Origin: Betaproteobacteria bacterium
GTDB taxonomy: Bacteria; Pseudomonadota; Gammaproteobacteria; Burkholderiales; SG8-39
Length of the DNA stretch: 64,000 nucleotides
Assembly: GCA_005881595.1 (NCBI GenBank)
Contig: VBBY01000001.1
Span: 12,515 to 76,514, forward strand
Direction: 5' to 3'
Both the position numbers and the translations under genes were made by a program. This document shows positions 44,460 through 55,589 of the stretch, piece by piece; within the stretch, counting starts at the first letter, position 1, and each line of letters opens with the position of its first letter. The notes below the pieces were generated by a model. The model saw only the letters and a program-made list of their open reading frames with translations. It did not search any database and had not been told where the DNA came from.

Positions 44460-45511
44460 TTGGCGAGCTCCATGCAGCGCGCCGCCACCAGGCGCGCTGC
44501 ATCAGGCTTGCCGAGCACGCGCGCCTGCTTTGCCATCTCGAGCAGCTTCGGGCGATCGAGCGAGCGGATCAGCGCCGCAAGCCGTTCCGCGGTGAGCTCG
44601 CGCTGCGGCAGCAAGATCGCCGCGCCGCGGTCGGCGAGGAACCTCGCGTTCGCCGTCTGGTGGTCGTCCACCGCATGGGGAAACGGCACCAGAATGCTTG
44701 CCATGCCCCCGGCCGAGAGCTCGGCGATCGTCACGGCACCGGCACGGCAGATGACCAGATCCGCAGCAGCGTAGGCGCGCGCCATGTCGTCGATGAAGGC
44801 CACCAGCTCTCCTTGCACGCCCGAGGCGCGATACTGGCCGGTCAAGGACTCGAGGTGCTTCTCGCCGGCCTGGTGCCGCACTACGGGACGCGGCGAGAGA
44901 AGCGCCAGCGCCTTCGGCACCGCCTCGTTCAGCGCTTGCGCGCCAAGGCTGCCGCCAACCACCAGCAGGCGGATCGGTCCTTCGCGGCGCGCGTAGCGCT
45001 GCTCGGGCGGGTCCATGGTGGCGATCTGGGCCCGCACCGGGTTGCCGGTCCACTCGGCCTTTTTCAGGGCGTCGGGAAATGCCACCATTACCTTGTCCGA
45101 GACACCGGCCAGCACCCGGTTGGCCAGCCCGGCGATCGCGTTCTGTTCATGCAACGCGAGCGGCCGGGCGAGCAGCGATGCCATCATGCCGCCCGGGAAG
45201 GCGACATAGCCGCCCAGACCGAGCACGACGTCGGGCTTCAGCCGCAGCAGGTGCCGGCCGCTTTCCCAGAAGGAAAACAGCAGGTTTGCGGGCAGCAGGA
45301 GTTTTTGCAGAAAGCCCTTGCCGCGCGCGGCGCGCGCGCGGATCCATGCCGTGCGGTAACCGTGCGGCGGCACCAGGCGCTCTTCCATGCCGCCGCGCAC
45401 CCCCATCCAAACCACGTCCCAGCCGGCGGCGCGCACCTGTTCGGCGACCGCCAGTCCCGGGAAGATGTGGCCGCCGGTGCCGCCTGCCATGATGAGGAGG
45501 GTGCGGCTCAC
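44456..45511 (-). CDS. murG: Undecaprenyldiphospho-muramoylpentapeptide beta-N-acetylglucosaminyltransferase
   Basis: 351 aa. [16 protein letters not shown]... is present. Confidence 0.95.
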   Translation of the reverse strand: MSRTLLIMAGGTGGHIFPGLAVAEQVRAAGWDVVWMGVRGGMEERLVPPHGYRTAWIRARAARGKGFLQKLLLPANLLFSFWESGRHLLRLKPDVVLGLGGYVAFPGGMMASLLARPLALHEQNAIAGLANRVLAGVSDKVMVAFPDALKKAEWTGNPVRAQIATMDPPEQRYARREGPIRLLVVGGSLGAQALNEAVPKALALLSPRPVVRHQAGEKHLESLTGQYRASGVQGELVAFIDDMARAYAAADLVICRAGAVTIAELSAGGMASILVPFPHAVDDHQTANARFLADRGAAILLPQRELTAERLAALIRSLDRPKLLEMAKQARVLGKPDAARLVAARCMELAK

Positions 45512-46671
45512 GCGTGCAGCCCCCGTGCCAGCTGGCGGTTTTCCCAGTCGATGCGCAGCAGGATCGCGAGCGCCACGAAGTTCGCGAGCAAACCCGAGCC
45601 GCCGTAGCTCATCAGCGGCAGCGTCAGCCCTTTGGTCGGCAGCAAGCCCATGTTGACGCCCATGTTGATGAGGGCCTGGAAGCCGATCCAGATGCCGATG
45701 CCCTGCGCGGCGAGCGACGCAAAGTGACGCTGGTGCAAGGCGGCCTGCCGGCCGATCGCAAAGGCGCGCGCCACGATCCAGATGAACAGCCCGATCACGA
45801 GGGCGACGCCCGCAAAGCCGAGCTCCTCTGCGATCACGGCGAGAAGAAAATCAGTGTGCGCTTCGGGCAGGTAATGGAGCTTTTCCACGCTTGCGCCCAG
45901 CCCGACGCCAAGCCACTCGCCACGGCCGAACGCGATCAGCGCATGCGAGAGCTGATAACCGCGGCCGAACGGGTCTGACCAGGGATGCATGAAACCGAAA
46001 ATGCGCTGCATGCGGTAAGGCGACACAACCACCAGCAGCGCGAAGCCAGCGGCCAGCATGCCAAGCAGCGCCGCGAAATGCCGCCCGTTCATTCCGCCCA
46101 GGAACAGGATCCCGAATGCGGTCACCGCGATGACGACGAACGCGCCGAAATCGGGTTCACGCAGCAGCAGCCACGAAACGAGCAGCATGACCGCCAGTAT
46201 CGGCAGCAGGCCTCGCCTGAATTTCTTCAGAACGCCGTGCTTGCGGGTAGTGTAGTCCGCGGCATAGAGCACGGCAGCGAGCTTCATGAGCTCGGAGGGC
46301 TGCACGCTGAATAGCGGCAGTTCGAGCCAGCGCCGGGCACCGTTCACCTCGCGTCCGAATCCCGGGATCAGCACCAGTACGAGAAGCGCCACGCCGCCGA
46401 GAAACAACGCCGGCGCCGCGTGCTGCCACAGCCGCGCCGGCACCAGGAATACCGTAATGGCGGCAAGCAGGGCCACCCCGAGGAACAGGCCGTGGCGCGC
46501 CAGGAACCAGGCGGCGTTGTTTCCGGTATACCTGCTCGCCTCCGCCGTCGCAATGGAAGAGGAGTACACCATCACCAGGCCGGTGGCAGCCAGCAGAAGG
46601 GCGGCCCAGGCGAGCGAACGGTCGTATTCCGCGCTCGGCGCGCTGCGCGCGAAGACATACGTGCGGCTCAC
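45508..46671 (-). CDS. ftsW: Peptidoglycan glycosyltransferase FtsW (SEDS family)
   Basis: ORF 45508..46740 from the GTG at residue 24, which overlaps the murD stop as GTGA. It is multi-TM, with ..[19 protein letters not shown].. and ..[14 protein letters not shown]... Confidence 0.9.
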   Translation of the reverse strand: MSRTYVFARSAPSAEYDRSLAWAALLLAATGLVMVYSSSIATAEASRYTGNNAAWFLARHGLFLGVALLAAITVFLVPARLWQHAAPALFLGGVALLVLVLIPGFGREVNGARRWLELPLFSVQPSELMKLAAVLYAADYTTRKHGVLKKFRRGLLPILAVMLLVSWLLLREPDFGAFVVIAVTAFGILFLGGMNGRHFAALLGMLAAGFALLVVVSPYRMQRIFGFMHPWSDPFGRGYQLSHALIAFGRGEWLGVGLGASVEKLHYLPEAHTDFLLAVIAEELGFAGVALVIGLFIWIVARAFAIGRQAALHQRHFASLAAQGIGIWIGFQALINMGVNMGLLPTKGLTLPLMSYGGSGLLANFVALAILLRIDWENRQLARGLHA

Positions 46672-48038
46672 GCCAGCAGCCTCCTCACCGCGGCGGCGAA
46701 TACCTCGCCGCGATGACGGTAGTCGCGGAACATATCCCAACTCGCGCAGGCTGGTGACAGAAGCACGGCGTCGCCAGGTGCAGCATTGCGCAGCGCCTTC
46801 TCGACCGCTTCCTCGAGAGAGCCGCAGTCCTCGAGCTGCACGCCGCTGCCGTTGAGCGCCGCCGCGATGCGCGGCGCATCGCGGCCGATCAGCAGGACCC
46901 TGCGTGCAAATTGAGAAACCGGCTCGGCAAGCGGCGAAAAATCCTGACCCTTGCCGTCGCCGCCCAGGATCAGAACCGTCTTCTTCCCCAGGCCGCGCAG
47001 CGCGGCGACCGTAGCTCCGACGTTGGTGCCTTTCGAATCGTCATACCAATCGACGCCATTTCGGCTCGCCACTAGCTGCACGCGGTGCGCAAGACCATGG
47101 AAACTGCGCAGCCCTTCGGCGAGCGCCTGATGGGAAACGCCCAGAGTCCGCGCCAACGCGCAGGCGGCAAGCGCATTGGCGACGTTGTGCCAGCCGCGGA
47201 TCGGCAGCTCATCCACGCGCAGAAGCGGGGTCCTGCCCTGGACCATCACCCCTGCGGCCACGCCGAAATCCTCGCCGGCAGCGGGCACATCGAGGCCGAA
47301 CGTAATCCGTGCTCTGCCGGACTGCGCCATGGCGAGGGAGCGGCGATCGCCACGGTTCAGAACCTGGATACCCGAGCCGATGAAGATACGCGCTTTGGCG
47401 GCGCCGTACTCGGCAAGGCTCGCGTATCGATCGAGATGATCCTCCGTGAGGTTGAGCATCGCGGCGGCATCCGGGTCGAGCGACCAGGTCGTCTCGAGCT
47501 GGTAGCTCGACAGCTCAAGCACCCAGGCCGCAGGTGGTCTGGTTCGCCTCAGCGACGCATCGAGAACCGCCGGCCCGATGTTGCCGGCGACTTCGCAGTC
47601 CAGGCCCGCCTTGCGCAGGAGATGGCCGGTGAGCGCCGTCACGGTCGACTTGCCGTTGGTTCCGGTGACCGCGAGCACGCGGCTCTTCTGCCGCACATGC
47701 CAGGCAAAAAGCTCGATGTCGCCGACGACCGGGATGTCCAGCTGCAATGCTTTCTGCACCAAGGGGTCGGCGAGCGGGAGTCCGGGACTGAGGCACAGCA
47801 GGTCGATGCTCTGCAGCAGCGCCGCGCTGAACGGGCCGGTATGCAGCTCGCCCGCGAAATCATCTCTTCGCGGCGGCGATTCGCGCGTGTCGGCGACGCG
47901 CACCGTGCCGCCCTGATGTTCTATCCAACGCGCGACCGAGAGCCCGGTGTCGCCCAGGCCGAGCACAAGAACCCGCCGGCCCGTGAGAGCGACCGGCCGG
48001 GGTCGCGGGAGCAAGTTGAAGGGGGGCTCTCGCATCAT
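46668..48038 (-). CDS. murD: UDP-N-acetylmuramoylalanine--D-glutamate ligase
   Basis: ORF 46668..48122 from Met29 (MMREPP...), which overlaps the mraY stop as [16 protein letters not shown] and GTNGKSTVT are present. Confidence 0.9.
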   Translation of the reverse strand: MMREPPFNLLPRPRPVALTGRRVLVLGLGDTGLSVARWIEHQGGTVRVADTRESPPRRDDFAGELHTGPFSAALLQSIDLLCLSPGLPLADPLVQKALQLDIPVVGDIELFAWHVRQKSRVLAVTGTNGKSTVTALTGHLLRKAGLDCEVAGNIGPAVLDASLRRTRPPAAWVLELSSYQLETTWSLDPDAAAMLNLTEDHLDRYASLAEYGAAKARIFIGSGIQVLNRGDRRSLAMAQSGRARITFGLDVPAAGEDFGVAAGVMVQGRTPLLRVDELPIRGWHNVANALAACALARTLGVSHQALAEGLRSFHGLAHRVQLVASRNGVDWYDDSKGTNVGATVAALRGLGKKTVLILGGDGKGQDFSPLAEPVSQFARRVLLIGRDAPRIAAALNGSGVQLEDCGSLEEAVEKALRNAAPGDAVLLSPACASWDMFRDYRHRGEVFAAAVRRLLA

Positions 48039-49126
48039 CGGAGCTTGAGAGTCGAGAGCCCGAACAGGACCAGCATCATGGTGATGATCCAGAAACGCAC
48101 TACGACCTGACTCTCCTTCCACCCCTCCAGCTCATAGTGGTGATGGAGGGGCGCCATGCGGAAAATCCGCTTTCCGCCGGTCCACTTGAAGTACAGCACC
48201 TGGATCATCACCGACAGGGTCTCGGCCACGAACACGCCGCCCATGATGAACAGCACGATTTCCTGGCGCACGATCACGGCGATGGTGCCGAGCGCGGCGC
48301 CCAATGCGAGCGCGCCGACGTCGCCCATGAAGACCTCCGCCGGGTACGCGTTGAACCACAGGAAGCCGAGCCCGGCGCCGGCGAGCGCCCCGCAGATCAC
48401 CGCCAGCTCGCCGGCGCCGGGGATGTAGGGCAACCCGAGATACTTGGAGAACACTGCGTGCCCGGCCACGTAGGCGAAAATGCCGAGCGCGCCCCCCACC
48501 ATCACGGTCGGCATGATCGCCAGGCCGTCGAGGCCATCGGTGAGGTTTACGGCGTTGGAAGTACCGACGACGACGAAGTAGGTGAGCACGATGAAGCCGA
48601 TCGGACCCAGCGGGTACGCTACCAGCTTGAAGAATGGAACGATCAGCTCGTTCAGGGCCGGAACGCCTTGCGCCAGATAGGCGAGATACGCGGCAGCAGA
48701 GAGTCCGATTACCGACTGCCAGAAAAACTTGGCCCTGGCGGAGAGACCCTTAGGATTGTGCTGCACCACCTTGCGGTAGTCGTCGATCCAGCCGATCGTG
48801 CCGAATGCGAGGGTGACCAGAAGCACCACCCACAGCAGCCTGTTGGAGAGATCCCCCCACAGAAGCGTGGTCAGGCAGATCGAAACCAGGATCAGCGCGC
48901 CGCCCATCGTCGGTGTGCCGGCCTTGGTCAGATGCGAGCGCGGGCCCTCTTCGCGCACCGCCTGGCCGATCTTGTACGCCGTCAGCTTGCGGATCATGTA
49001 TGGCCCGAGGATCAGCGAGACCGCGAGCGCCGTAAGGCAGGCGAGCACGGCGCGCAGCGTGATGTAGTTGAAGACGTTGAATACCCGTACCTCTTTCGCC
49101 AGCCACTGCGCGATCTCGAGTAGCAT
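48035..49126 (-). CDS. mraY: Phospho-N-acetylmuramoyl-pentapeptide transferase
   Basis: 363 aa. ..TPTMGG..., [13 protein letters not shown] and ..[15 protein letters not shown].. are present. Confidence 0.96.
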   Translation of the reverse strand: MLLEIAQWLAKEVRVFNVFNYITLRAVLACLTALAVSLILGPYMIRKLTAYKIGQAVREEGPRSHLTKAGTPTMGGALILVSICLTTLLWGDLSNRLLWVVLLVTLAFGTIGWIDDYRKVVQHNPKGLSARAKFFWQSVIGLSAAAYLAYLAQGVPALNELIVPFFKLVAYPLGPIGFIVLTYFVVVGTSNAVNLTDGLDGLAIMPTVMVGGALGIFAYVAGHAVFSKYLGLPYIPGAGELAVICGALAGAGLGFLWFNAYPAEVFMGDVGALALGAALGTIAVIVRQEIVLFIMGGVFVAETLSVMIQVLYFKWTGGKRIFRMAPLHHHYELEGWKESQVVVRFWIITMMLVLFGLSTLKLR

Positions 49127-50476
49127 TCAGTGACCCCCTTGGTTGCCGCCGCCGGTCAGCGCAGCCACCACCCGCTCCATCTTCATGAAGCGCGAACCCT
49201 TGACAAGGACCGTCCTGCCACTCACGTTGCGGGCGAGCTCGTCGACATCGGCGAAATGCCGCGCCCCTGGGCCGAAAGCCTCCACCGCATGGCGCATTGC
49301 GTCACCGAGCGCAAAGAGATTGGAGATCCCCTTGCCGCGCGCGTAGAACCCTATTTCCCGGTGGAAATCGGCTCCGTGTGCCCCCACCTCGCCCATGTCG
49401 CCGAGCACCAGCACCGTAGGCCCTGGGCACGCGGCGAGCACGTCGATCGCGGCGCGCACCGAGTCCGGATTGGCGTTGTAGCTGTCGTCTATCACGGTGG
49501 TGCCGCCACTGGCCTGCTTGACCTGCAGCCTCCCGACGTAGGGACGAAACGCGGCCAAGCCCTCGCCGATCGCCTTTGCCGGCACGCCGACCGCGTACGC
49601 AGAGGCTGCAGCGGCGAGCGCGTTGCGCACGTTGTGCAGGCCCGGGATCGCAAGGGTCGCCTGCGCTTCGCCCGCCGGCGTGGTGACGCGAATCTCGGTG
49701 GTGAGCGGGTGCAAGGCATAGCGACCGGTAACGCTCGCCGCCCCCAGGCCGAAATCGACCAGGCGCCGTTGCCCCGCCTGCTGTCGGAAAAGCGCCGCGT
49801 GGGCGTCATCCGCGTTGACCACGGCGACACCGTCGTCGCCCAATGCGACGTATACGCTGGCGTTCTCCACTGCGACCTCGTCTACCGAGCGCATGAATTC
49901 CAGGTGCTCGCGCTGCGCATTGTTGACGAGCGCTACGGTAGGCCGGGCAATGCCGGCGAGATTAGCGATTTCTCCCTTGTGGTTCATGCCGAGCTCGATG
50001 GCGCACCAGCGGTGCGCCGGCCGCAGGCGCAGCAGGGTCAGCGGCACGCCGATGTCGTTGTTCAGGTTTCCCGTGGTCGCGAGCACAGCATCGGTGCCGG
50101 CATGACGGCGCAGGATCGCGGCCAGCATTTCCTTCACGGTCGTCTTGCCGTTTGATCCGGTGATGGCGATCAGTGCCGGGGAAAACCGCGCGCGCCAGTG
50201 GCGGGCAAGGTCGCCGAGCGCGCGCTTGGTGTCCGCCACCGTGATCACGGGAAGCGGCGCTTTGCCGGTGTAGCCGCGATCGACCAGCGCGCCTGCGGCT
50301 CCGGCGCTCTTCGCATGGTCGAGGAAAGCATGGCCATCGAAGTGCTCGCCGCGCAGCGCGACGAACAGGTCGCCGCGCTGCAGGCTGCGCGTGTCGGTCG
50401 ACACTCCGGTGAACGCGGCGCTGCCGTCACCCGCTCTGCTGCCCAGCACGGCGGCCGCTTCAGCGAGGCTCATCAT
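49127..50476 (-). CDS. murF: UDP-N-acetylmuramoyl-tripeptide--D-alanyl-D-alanine ligase
   Basis: 449 aa. ..VSTDTRSLQRGDLFVAL.. and GSNGKTTVKEM are present. Confidence 0.9.
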   Translation of the reverse strand: MMSLAEAAAVLGSRAGDGSAAFTGVSTDTRSLQRGDLFVALRGEHFDGHAFLDHAKSAGAAGALVDRGYTGKAPLPVITVADTKRALGDLARHWRARFSPALIAITGSNGKTTVKEMLAAILRRHAGTDAVLATTGNLNNDIGVPLTLLRLRPAHRWCAIELGMNHKGEIANLAGIARPTVALVNNAQREHLEFMRSVDEVAVENASVYVALGDDGVAVVNADDAHAALFRQQAGQRRLVDFGLGAASVTGRYALHPLTTEIRVTTPAGEAQATLAIPGLHNVRNALAAAASAYAVGVPAKAIGEGLAAFRPYVGRLQVKQASGGTTVIDDSYNANPDSVRAAIDVLAACPGPTVLVLGDMGEVGAHGADFHREIGFYARGKGISNLFALGDAMRHAVEAFGPGARHFADVDELARNVSGRTVLVKGSRFMKMERVVAALTGGGNQGGH

Positions 50477-51939
50477 CCAGTTCCCCGTCGCGCCAGCGCG
50501 GCGCCTGCCACGGCCGCGTCCGAGAACGGCAGACGCTTGCCCGCGATCTCCTGGTAGATTTCGTGCCCCTTTCCCGCGATCAGCACGACGTCCGCCGGCG
50601 CGGCTTCGCTGACCGCTTTCTCGATCGCCCGCGCGCGATCCGGCTCGGTTTCGTGGATCTCGGCAATGCCCGCGCTGACGGCTGCAATGATGGCCAGCGG
50701 GTCCTCGCTCCTCGGGTTATCCGAGGTGACGATCACACGGTCCGCAAGACCCGCCGCGATGGCGCCCATCCGCGGGCGCTTCGCGACGTCACGGTCGCCG
50801 CCCGCCCCGAACACCGCTGCAAGCCGCCCGCCGCGCGCTTCGGCCACCGGACGCAGCGCCTGCAGCACTTTTTCTAGCGCATCGGGCGTATGCGCGTAAT
50901 CGACCACCACCAGAGGCCACTCGCCGATTTTCTGCATGCGGCCGGGAACGCTCGGCAATGCGCCGAGCAGCTCGACCGCTTCATGAAACGGCACGCCGTA
51001 CGCCACTAGGCAGCCGAGGACTCCCAGGGCGTTCGAAAAATTGAACCGTCCCAATTGGTTGATGGTGCCGGTGGCGTTGCCCCAGCTCGAACGAAGCTCA
51101 AGCGTTTGAGCGGTGATGCGGTGCGCGGCGATGAACTCGGCCACGCTACCCGGCGCAATAGCCGACGCCTCGAGGCTATAGCCGATCGTGCGCACACCGC
51201 GGGCGGCGAGCCGCTGCGCGAGCTGCAAGCCGACCGCATCGTCGAGATTGAGCACCGCGGTGCGCAGTCCCGGCGTGTCGAACAGGCGCGACTTCGCTGC
51301 CGCATAGGCCTGCATCGAGCCGTGGTAGTCCAGATGGTCGTGCGAGAGGTTAGTGAAGAGCGCGCAGCCGAACGCAACCCCGTTGACGCGGCCTTGGGCG
51401 AGCCCGTGCGAGGACACCTCCATGGACACGCATTTCGCTCCGCCGGCCAGAAACGCCTTCAGCATGCGATGCAACTCCAACGCATCCGGCGTGGTATTCA
51501 AAGCTTCCGCGAGCGCACCCGGGTAGCCGCTGCCCAGCGTGCCGATGATCCCGGTCCTGATCTGTTTCTTCTCGAGCAGCGCAGCGATCCACTGGCTGCA
51601 CGAGGTCTTGCCATTCGTGCCGGTCACGCCGCACATCCATAGCGTCTCCGATGGTCGGCCGTAAAACTCGTGCGCGATGGCGCCGGCGCTGAGCTTGAGG
51701 CTGGGCACGGCGAGGTTCGGCACCCGCCATTCGCTGCGCCAGGAGAAACCTTGCTCCTCCCAAAGCACGGCCGAGGCCCCGCGCGAGATCGCATCGGGAA
51801 TGTGAGCACGGCCGTCCGCCGTCTCGCCTGGATACGCGAAAAACGCGACCCCGCGTGCGCAGCGGCGGCTGTCGGACGAGAGCCGCTGGATCATCGCCCC
51901 TTGGGCAGCGAGGCGCGCGAAGAGCTCCAGGTTTCCCAC
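50473..51939 (-). CDS. murE: UDP-N-acetylmuramoyl-L-alanyl-D-glutamate--2,6-diaminopimelate ligase
   Basis: 488 aa. GVTGTNGKTS and ..DNPRSEDP.. are present. Confidence 0.93.
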   Translation of the reverse strand: MGNLELFARLAAQGAMIQRLSSDSRRCARGVAFFAYPGETADGRAHIPDAISRGASAVLWEEQGFSWRSEWRVPNLAVPSLKLSAGAIAHEFYGRPSETLWMCGVTGTNGKTSCSQWIAALLEKKQIRTGIIGTLGSGYPGALAEALNTTPDALELHRMLKAFLAGGAKCVSMEVSSHGLAQGRVNGVAFGCALFTNLSHDHLDYHGSMQAYAAAKSRLFDTPGLRTAVLNLDDAVGLQLAQRLAARGVRTIGYSLEASAIAPGSVAEFIAAHRITAQTLELRSSWGNATGTINQLGRFNFSNALGVLGCLVAYGVPFHEAVELLGALPSVPGRMQKIGEWPLVVVDYAHTPDALEKVLQALRPVAEARGGRLAAVFGAGGDRDVAKRPRMGAIAAGLADRVIVTSDNPRSEDPLAIIAAVSAGIAEIHETEPDRARAIEKAVSEAAPADVVLIAGKGHEIYQEIAGKRLPFSDAAVAGAALARRGTG

Positions 51940-51955
51940 AGCTCCGCCGAGGCCA

Positions 51956-53680
51956 TTACGTGTTCTCCTTCGCTTCCTCGCCCTCGGCCGGCGTTTCGAG
52001 CGGCTCGAGCGGCGCGTCGTGCGGAACGCCCATCATGCGCAGCGCACCCTGCGTCACCTGCGCAAACACCGGTGCGGCTACTATGCCGCCGTAATGCTCT
52101 CCAGCCGACGGTTCGTCGACCATTACCGCGACCACCACTCGCGGTGCCGATGCGGGCGCGAAACCGACAAAGGAAGCAACGAATTTATCGGGCGCATAGC
52201 CGCCGTTCTCCTGCTTGTGCGCGGTCCCCGTCTTGCCCGCGACGCGCCATCCCATAATGCGGGCACGCGGCCCCGTGCCCCCGGGCTGTACCGCGAGTTC
52301 AAGCATCGCGCGCATGGCGCGCGCCGTTTCGGTGGACAACAGCTTCACGCCGCTCGCAGCCGTGCCGGTTTTGACCAGGCTAAGCGGCACCAATTCCCCG
52401 TCGCGGGCGAACACCGTGTAGGCGTGCGCCAGCTGCACCAAGCTCACGGAAATCCCCATTCCGTACGCCATCGTCGCCTGCTCGATGGGCCGCCAGCTGC
52501 GGTAATGGCGCAGCTTTCCCGTCGCCTCGCCCGGGAATCCGAGCTGGGGTGCGGTGCCAAAGCCGACGCGCCTGAAGAGGTCCCACAGCGCTTCGCGCGG
52601 CATCGACAGGGCGATCTTCGCCATGCCTACGTTCGAGGACTTTTGCAGCACCTGCGCCGCGCTGAGCGTGCCGCCGGGGTGCGTATCGTGAATGGTGTAA
52701 TCCGCGATCGTGAGGTGGCCGGGCGCGGTCTGCACCAGCGTTGCCGGCGTCAGTTTTCCTCTTTCGATTGCCAGCGCGAGCGTAAACGGCTTGAGCGTCG
52801 AGCCCGGCTCGAACAGATCGGTGATGACCCGGTTGCGCAGTTGCGCTCCGCTGAGATGGGCGCGGTTATTGGGATTGTACGAAGGCACATTGGCGAGCGC
52901 GAGCACTTCGCCGGTCCGCACATCGAGGGCGATGATCGCGCCGGCCTTGGCGTGGTGCTGCGCGACTGCGGTCTTGAGCGCGCCGAAGGCGAGATTCTGG
53001 ATCTTGCTGTCGATGGACAGGGTGAGGTCGCGTCCGTCCTGCGCTTCGCGGATCGACTCCACGTCCTCGACGATGCGGCCGAGCCGGTCCTTGATGACGC
53101 GCCGGCTTCCCGGCTTGCCGCCGAGGCTTGCCTGGTGCGCGAGCTCAATGCCCTCCTGACCGTCGTCATCGACCCCGGTGAAGCCGATGACGTGAGCTGT
53201 TACTTCGCCGCCAGGGTAGTACCGCCGGTATTCGCGATGCTGGTATATGCCCTTCAACCCGAGCGCCTCGACGCTCTCGGCGATATCCGGCGACACCTGG
53301 CGCTTGAGATAGACGAAATCGCGCGATGTGTCAGCGAGCTTCTTCCCAAGTTCATTGCGCTCCAGGGCGAGCAGGGATGCGAGCTTGCGCCGCTCGGCGC
53401 CGGAGAGCTCCGCGTCGGCCGGGATCGCCCAGACCGATTTCACCGGGGTGGACACGGCGAGCGCCTCGCCATTGCGATCCAGGATGCGGCCGCGCGTCGC
53501 AGGCACTTCGATGAGGCGCGAGTAGCGCGCGTCGCCTTTCTCCTGGAGGAAGTCGGTCTGCAGCGCCTGCAGGTACAGCGAACGGACACCGAGCACCCAG
53601 AACGCCGCCAGCAGCGCCGCAAGCACGAACCGCGCGCGCCAGACCGGCAGGCGCACCAGGCCCTGCGTCGCAGCGTTCAA
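51956..53680 (-). CDS. ftsI: Peptidoglycan D,D-transpeptidase FtsI (PBP3)
   Basis: 574 aa. It has an N-terminal TM helix plus the STLKP (SxxK), SSN and KTGT motifs. Confidence 0.93.
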   Translation of the reverse strand: MNAATQGLVRLPVWRARFVLAALLAAFWVLGVRSLYLQALQTDFLQEKGDARYSRLIEVPATRGRILDRNGEALAVSTPVKSVWAIPADAELSGAERRKLASLLALERNELGKKLADTSRDFVYLKRQVSPDIAESVEALGLKGIYQHREYRRYYPGGEVTAHVIGFTGVDDDGQEGIELAHQASLGGKPGSRRVIKDRLGRIVEDVESIREAQDGRDLTLSIDSKIQNLAFGALKTAVAQHHAKAGAIIALDVRTGEVLALANVPSYNPNNRAHLSGAQLRNRVITDLFEPGSTLKPFTLALAIERGKLTPATLVQTAPGHLTIADYTIHDTHPGGTLSAAQVLQKSSNVGMAKIALSMPREALWDLFRRVGFGTAPQLGFPGEATGKLRHYRSWRPIEQATMAYGMGISVSLVQLAHAYTVFARDGELVPLSLVKTGTAASGVKLLSTETARAMRAMLELAVQPGGTGPRARIMGWRVAGKTGTAHKQENGGYAPDKFVASFVGFAPASAPRVVVAVMVDEPSAGEHYGGIVAAPVFAQVTQGALRMMGVPHDAPLEPLETPAEGEEAKENT

Positions 53681-53949
53681 CGCGCAGCCCCGGGGGTAAC
53701 GATCCGGACGCGCCTCGGCTCGGGCGTGCGCAGGCGAAGCGTGCCGGTGGCGATTTTCTCCACCCGCGAATGCAGGCCCCAGGTACTCGCCTCGAGCTGC
53801 AGCCGGCCGTACTCGATATCGAGATCGCGGGCACGGTTCTGCTCCCGTTCAAGCTCCGAGAACAGCTTGCGCGCCTTGTGCTGAGAGCTGACGAGCCCGA
53901 TCGCGCAGGCGACGAGAACCGCGAGGAGGAGGAGATTCAGTTTCGCCAC
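53677..53949 (-). CDS. ftsL: Cell division protein FtsL
   Basis: 90 aa. It has a single TM helix and a coiled coil (..[22 protein letters not shown]..), in the dcw position. Confidence 0.8.
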   Translation of the reverse strand: MAKLNLLLLAVLVACAIGLVSSQHKARKLFSELEREQNRARDLDIEYGRLQLEASTWGLHSRVEKIATGTLRLRTPEPRRVRIVTPGAAR

Positions 53950-54902
53950 CGCGCGTCGGGCTCGATTCTGTAGGGGGAAGGAATGTAAGGGGCCGCGGTG
54001 CGTTCGGCCACCCGCAGGGTGGCGCTGCGCGCGCGCGGATTTGCCGCGGTCTCCGCAGCGGACGGACGGATCGCTCGTCCGATCAGCTTGAGCGCGGGTT
54101 GTGGCATTTCGATGGCACGCAGCGGCAATTCGCGTGGCACATCGGGACGCACCGCGTGCTGCATGAAGCGCTTGACGATGCGGTCTTCGAGCGACTGAAA
54201 GCTGATCACCGCGAGGCGCCCGCCGCTCGCCAGCCGCGCCACGGCCTGGGGCAGCATCAGCGACACTTCCTCAAGCTCCCGATTGAGGTGAATCCGTAAA
54301 GCCTGAAAGGTACGCGTCGCCGGGTCCTGGCCCGGCTCCCGCGTGCGGACCGCCTGACCCACGAGATCGGCCAGTTGGCGGGTGCGGACGATGGGCCCGC
54401 GGCTCCGAGCAGCAACAATCGCCGCTGCAATCTGTTTAGCAAACCGTTCTTCCCCATAGTCGCGGATCACCCTCCTGATTTCTTGTTCTTCTGCCGTCGC
54501 GAGCCATTGCGCCGCAGACACGCCCTCGCCCGGATCCATCCGCATGTCGAGCGGCCCGTCGGCGCGGAACGAAAATCCGCGTGCCGGGTCATCGAGCTGC
54601 GGCGAGGAAATGCCAAGGTCGAAGAGCATGCCGTGGGCCGATCGGACGCCAGCCGCATCCAGCGCTGCGCTCAGCGTCCCGAAGTTGTGCTTGAGGAACA
54701 TGAAGCGGCCGTCGCGGAGCTCGCGTGCCGCGGCCCTTGCCTGCGGATCGCGATCGAGCGCCACCAGCCTTCCCTGCGGGCCGAGGCGATCTAGAATTGC
54801 GCGGCTGTGCCCGCCCCGGCCGAAAGTGCCGTCGATGTAGATGCCATCGGCGCGCACCGCGAGCGCCTCGATGGCCTCGGCGGCGAGGACCGGCCGGTGC
54901 AT
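53937..54902 (-). CDS. rsmH: 16S rRNA (cytosine1402-N4)-methyltransferase
   Basis: 321 aa. MHRPVL...[10 protein letters not shown]... and [10 protein letters not shown] are present. Confidence 0.95.
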   Translation of the reverse strand: MHRPVLAAEAIEALAVRADGIYIDGTFGRGGHSRAILDRLGPQGRLVALDRDPQARAAARELRDGRFMFLKHNFGTLSAALDAAGVRSAHGMLFDLGISSPQLDDPARGFSFRADGPLDMRMDPGEGVSAAQWLATAEEQEIRRVIRDYGEERFAKQIAAAIVAARSRGPIVRTRQLADLVGQAVRTREPGQDPATRTFQALRIHLNRELEEVSLMLPQAVARLASGGRLAVISFQSLEDRIVKRFMQHAVRPDVPRELPLRAIEMPQPALKLIGRAIRPSAAETAANPRARSATLRVAERTAAPYIPSPYRIEPDARWRN

Positions 54903-54911
54903 CGGCCTCTC

Positions 54912-55361
54912 TCACAGGGAAAAATCCTCCATGCCGGGGGGCGGTGCACCGCCCCCGGAAAGCGCATGGCCCAGCTTTGCCGCCCACACGCCCGAGTCCC
55001 ACAGTTCGAAATAGCGTCCCTGCCCGACCATCATGGCTTCGCGCTCGAGCTTGGCGTGTAGTCGCAAAGCCGGCGAAAGCAGGATCCGGCCCGAGCCGTC
55101 GGGCGTCAGGTGCTCCTCAAAACCGAGCAGCAACCGCTTCCACCAACTCGCTTGGGGATGAAAGCTCGGAAAAGCCTCGACGCGCAGCCGCACCGGCTCC
55201 CACTCGTTTGCCGGGTAAATCAGCACGCAACCGTCCGGATGCGCGGTGACAACGAGAGACTTGCCGCCATCGAGCAGTGCGTCGCGATGGCGCGTAGGAA
55301 TAGCGACGCGACCCTTGGCGTCGAGCGTAATGACCGCCGCTCCATGAAACCCTCCACCCAT
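54912..55361 (-). CDS. mraZ: Division/cell wall cluster transcriptional regulator MraZ
   Basis: 149 aa. ..ITLDAKGRVAIPTRHRD.. and ..TPDGSGRILLSPALR.. are the two SpoVT/AbrB-like repeats. Confidence 0.93.
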   Translation of the reverse strand: MGGGFHGAAVITLDAKGRVAIPTRHRDALLDGGKSLVVTAHPDGCVLIYPANEWEPVRLRVEAFPSFHPQASWWKRLLLGFEEHLTPDGSGRILLSPALRLHAKLEREAMMVGQGRYFELWDSGVWAAKLGHALSGGGAPPPGMEDFSL

Positions 55362-55373
55362 ATGGCTTTTCCT

Positions 55374-55398
55374 GCCACTTTTCCCTACCTTTTACCAC
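55374..55398 (-). promoter_or_regulatory. Putative MraZ operator: three direct repeats at exact 10-bp spacing
   Basis: The minus strand reads GTGGT-aaaag-GTAGG-gaaaa-GTGGC, 13-37 nt upstream of the mraZ ATG. This resembles the GTGGG-N5 triple repeat bound by MraZ in E. coli. Confidence 0.55.
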
Positions 55399-55426
55399 TC
55401 TAAGGGTAAAGAGAACCCTAGGTCAA
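55397..55426 (-). promoter_or_regulatory. Candidate sigma70 promoter of the dcw cluster (Pmra-like)
   Basis: The minus strand reads TTGACC-18 nt-TAGAGT, immediately upstream of and overlapping the first MraZ repeat. Confidence 0.4.
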
Positions 55427-55589
55427 GTGAATTTTTCCCGCCGGGACAACCACTTAGCTGTGTTTTTTACCAGTAGATGCCATCACATCACTGTCATATA
55501 AATCAATTGGTTATAAAGCCAAATAAATGTGCCTTCTTAGGAGCCGGCTGACTGAGGGGAAAAAGGTGCGATGCGATAATTTCCGGCCG

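Noticed and set aside
55430-55589. An AT-rich 160-nt segment between the dcw promoter and the CoA-transferase gene, considered as an sRNA gene or mobile-element scar.
   Set aside because: I saw no terminator, inverted repeats, direct repeats or conserved RNA motif. It is most simply the divergent promoter region for mraZ and the CoA-transferase operon.
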